From positions 3,782,001-3,846,000 of the forward strand of contig CP089274.1 of the NCBI GenBank assembly GCA_023920165.1: a DNA stretch of 64,000 bases. Direction: 5' to 3'. The first letter of the stretch is position 1, and every line of letters starts with the position of its first letter. The notes beneath the pieces are model-generated. The model saw only the letters and a list, made by a program, of their open reading frames with translations, made no database searches and was not told where the DNA came from. A program made the translations under genes and the position numbers. Of this stretch, positions 61,188-64,000 are shown in pieces. Source of the stretch: Curvularia clavata. Lineage: Eukaryota.

Positions 61188-62737
61188 CTATCGCGCTCTA
61201 GCACTTTCGCGACTCTCCTTCTTCTTCCTCAAATATGCGCTAATCTGCTCAACATGGCTGACAAAAAAGCACCTGCTAGCGTCATTCTGCCAAACCAAGA
61301 CACCCAGTGCGCTTGCATAGTTGAGAACGTCTCTGTACTCTGCTTCTGAACCGAACTCGCGCATCAGATAACCAGTCGTCGTTTCCACACGCTCACCTTC
61401 GTACTCCCAGAGACGAATTTGGTCCATGACAGTCGGAGGAATGTAAGGAACGGTTTTCTGCATCTGAGGATGGGCGTAAGTTGTTAGGTACGAGATAATT
61501 TGGGCAGAGGTGATGCCTGATTGGACGGCTTTGTGGACGGATTCCTTTGTTAATTTTCCCGAGACAAGGTTGGGGAAGCGGTGTTGGAGTTTGGTGAAGA
61601 GAGATAGAATGGCGATTTGGATCAGGCTGTTTGTGTAAGCGTAAAGACGGTAGTTGGTCTCGATGATAATGAAGCCCTTGTTCGCAGCTGTTGGAGGCCC
61701 GGTGGTGCCTTGGTTCGCTTGCGCGATGTCGTTGGAGGATGCCGACATGGCGCTTCCCGAGTCCGATGTGAGTGTTGTAGCTAAGCGTGTGGGGTAAAAG
61801 GTGCGCGCATTCTTATCAGAGCGGTAGACAAGACCCATTGCGGACAGGTCTTCTAACATTTGGAGCTGGGTCGCTGAGAGAGTGGAGGTGGAGTAATCCT
61901 GGCCCAATTCTAGGGAACCCAACATGAAGAGGAAGGAGAGAACTTCTGTTTCGGACATGCCAAGCTAGAATGGTGTTAAACGACGCCAGATGAAGTGCAT
62001 AATTCCATGCTTACCTCGTTCGTCATCTTCAGATAAATAATCAGTAGACTCCAGACCTGTGCATTTGTCTCCTGTAGCACAAAGGAAAAGCCGTCCTTCG
62101 TGATCCTCGGACTGCCATGAATCGTCCGCACTAGATCGCCCGTGTGCAGCAGCTTCTTCGTACCAGGACCAACCTCCGCTCTGGAGATGTTATCTTTGCT
62201 AAGACCAGCGGCACCACTAACAAGATAGTATAAGATGCCCTCCCATTGTGACCTCGAGTATTCGTCCAAGAACTCTATGCTGACCCGCTTTCCACTTTCT
62301 TCTTTCGTGGCCGGTACACCAAAAGAACGATGGGTACCAGAACCCTCGATAGCGTTTCGCAGGCTGCGTTGGAAGCCTGGATTCAATGTCCACGATAGCG
62401 TGCCATCATCCTGTCGCGCCGAGGTAATGATATGTAGACGGTCAAGGGTAAAAGTCGCCCTCTCTTTCTCTTTTCGCGCAGTAGGTTTGAACCAGGTATC
62501 GAGGTCGGCAGCGGGGAAGGGTGTAGGCATGTAGAGCATAGCCATGACGATTGACTTGGCTGCGAAACGCTATTAGCTCCGCATACCACCACAAGGATTT
62601 CTTTGCTTACCGAGATGCGGCAGCATGCAGCGGAATACCGCCAGAACCGTTGAGGGCTGCTCATACAGCTTCTTATGCGTCGCCAGTGGCAGACCCTCGA
62701 GGTATTCCAGCGCCTGAGCAGAAGACGATGTCGACAT
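61188..62737 (-). CDS. TFB2: TFIIH subunit Tfb2/p52
   Basis: LEYLEGLP...KLYEQPSTVLAVFRRMLP, QWEGILYYLV, ITKDGFSFVLQ, IIIETNYRLYAYT and VMDQIRLWEYE. Two introns. Confidence 0.95.
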
Positions 62738-63059
62738 CGTGAGTGGATGTGGTAGACAAGTTACCGCCGCTTTACCGCCGTATTATCATATTCGACTATT
62801 AGAATGTGAGGGAGAAAGAGAATAAGGCGAGCAAAACGCGTACGTCGCGCCGTCTTCAGCCTGGTACAGGTCAGAGGTCAAAAGTTTGGCTGCCTTGGTC
62901 CACAAAGGTAAAGGTGACGCGCCGAGTGAGCGGAAAGCTGCTCCCCCACAATTCCGCTCCACCCCTGTCTAGCTTCCGACTATGCCTGGCCAACTGCCGA
63001 GCGGGACCAACTACATCACTCTTTCGCACATACGCACACCGAGTGTTGAGACCATTATT

Positions 63060-63955
63060 ATGTCGGCGCTGAAGTTTGTGAGATCGGTAAGCGGTGCAGG
63101 CGGTCAGAAGTACCGGAACCAGGGCCATTGACAAAGAGGATAGGTCTGGGAGTCCTTCCGAGCCAACTCAGGCTTGGAGCCAAGGTACATCCGATGTTCA
63201 GATAGCAACTCAACAATTCATAACTGACTAATTCGAAGGCTCCTGGATGGCGTGAGTATGCTCTTGTAATCCCTCAGCCGGAAGCAACTGGGCTCATCAT
63301 AAATTGATCGCTTAGCTTCGAGTGACCTCGGCAGTGCCAGGACGCGTCCAGTTTGAACTGGAGATTCAAAAAGAGCATACAGTAAGTCATTTACAAAAAC
63401 GCCATCATCTTTCTTATATGTACAAGATCTATCCTTCGCGTTGTTACTGCGTCTAGGGGAAGATCTGATCATCTTGTCTTATCGCTTGCCAACTCACGCT
63501 ACTAGAACCGACTCAACATTCTCCATGGCGGAACAATTGCCAGCATGGGTACTTCCTAGTCACCCCATTCTTAACGCAACCATTCTTAACAAAAGTCACA
63601 GTTGATCTCGGTGGCTCTCTAGCCGTCGCATCCCGCGGCCTTTTCGCAACTGGTGTTTCCACGGACCTGAACGTGACCTACCTATCCTCCGGCGGCAAGA
63701 TTGGAGACTTGATCAAAGCCGAAGTATCATGCGACAAGTGTATGAAATCTCATCATCTGCAATCTTCCAGCTTCCTCTTACTAAATCTGATACACAGTTG
63801 GTAAGACTCTCGCTTTCACATCCATCAACTTCAGCAACAGCAAAGGCGAAGTTTTTGCCCGCGGAAGCCACACCAAGTACGTCGCCTTAGCTTGGAAAGA
63901 TCCAAACAACATTGTCGAAGAGCTATCACCCAAGCCAAGCGAGAAGAAGGATTAA
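63060..63955 (+). CDS. Hotdog-fold acyl-CoA thioesterase (PaaI/ACOT13-like), 6 introns
   Basis: Not in the ORF track. Spliced translation is MSALKFVRS|VWESFRANSGLEPR|LLDG|LRVTSAVPGRVQFELEIQKEHT|NRLNILHGGTIASM|VDLGGSLAV...GVSTDLNVTY...ARGSHTKY, with the family HGG motif. Confidence 0.9.
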
Positions 63956-64000
63956 CTATGCTGTATTTGGTATTGATTCCTAGAATTACATCCACCTTGT

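Noticed and set aside
20681..63955. A lipid/CoA/peroxisome 'cluster' (PanK, esterase, seipin, Pex14, TML dioxygenase, thioesterase)
   Set aside because: The genes are spread over more than 40 kb among unrelated housekeeping genes, with no shared motif or contiguous organisation.

Overview
Gene-dense, intron-containing fungal genomic DNA (filamentous ascomycete, probably Dothideomycete/Pleosporales-like; this is inferred from protein style and short GT-AG introns with CTRAC/CTRAT branch points). I can support about 25 protein-coding genes, one dispersed, divergent 5S rRNA gene and one tRNA-Arg(CCG). Most genes are housekeeping: importin-7/Nmd5, Gfo/Idh/MocA oxidoreductase, USP30/Ubp16-like protease, mitochondrial bL9, class II aldolase, pantothenate kinase, telobox-Myb TRF-like protein, GDT1, cyclin, HSL-family esterase, seipin, zf-PARP protein, Pex14, trimethyllysine dioxygenase, NUXM, Aquarius, Tfb2 and a hotdog thioesterase. 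I saw no transposon, CRISPR array, secondary-metabolite cluster or clear new multi-gene system. The best leads are at RNA-processing level. (1) A DPR dehydrin-like gene has an alternative splice that can join it in frame to a downstream ORF carrying related repeats. (2) An orphan gene is interrupted by a single in-frame TGA. (3) A 5'UTR intron hides an in-frame AUG in a gene with a possible degenerate PD-(D/E)xK-like domain. (4) A short TTAGGG tract lies just downstream of the TRF-like gene. Gene models were built by eye from splice signals and were not checked against any database.
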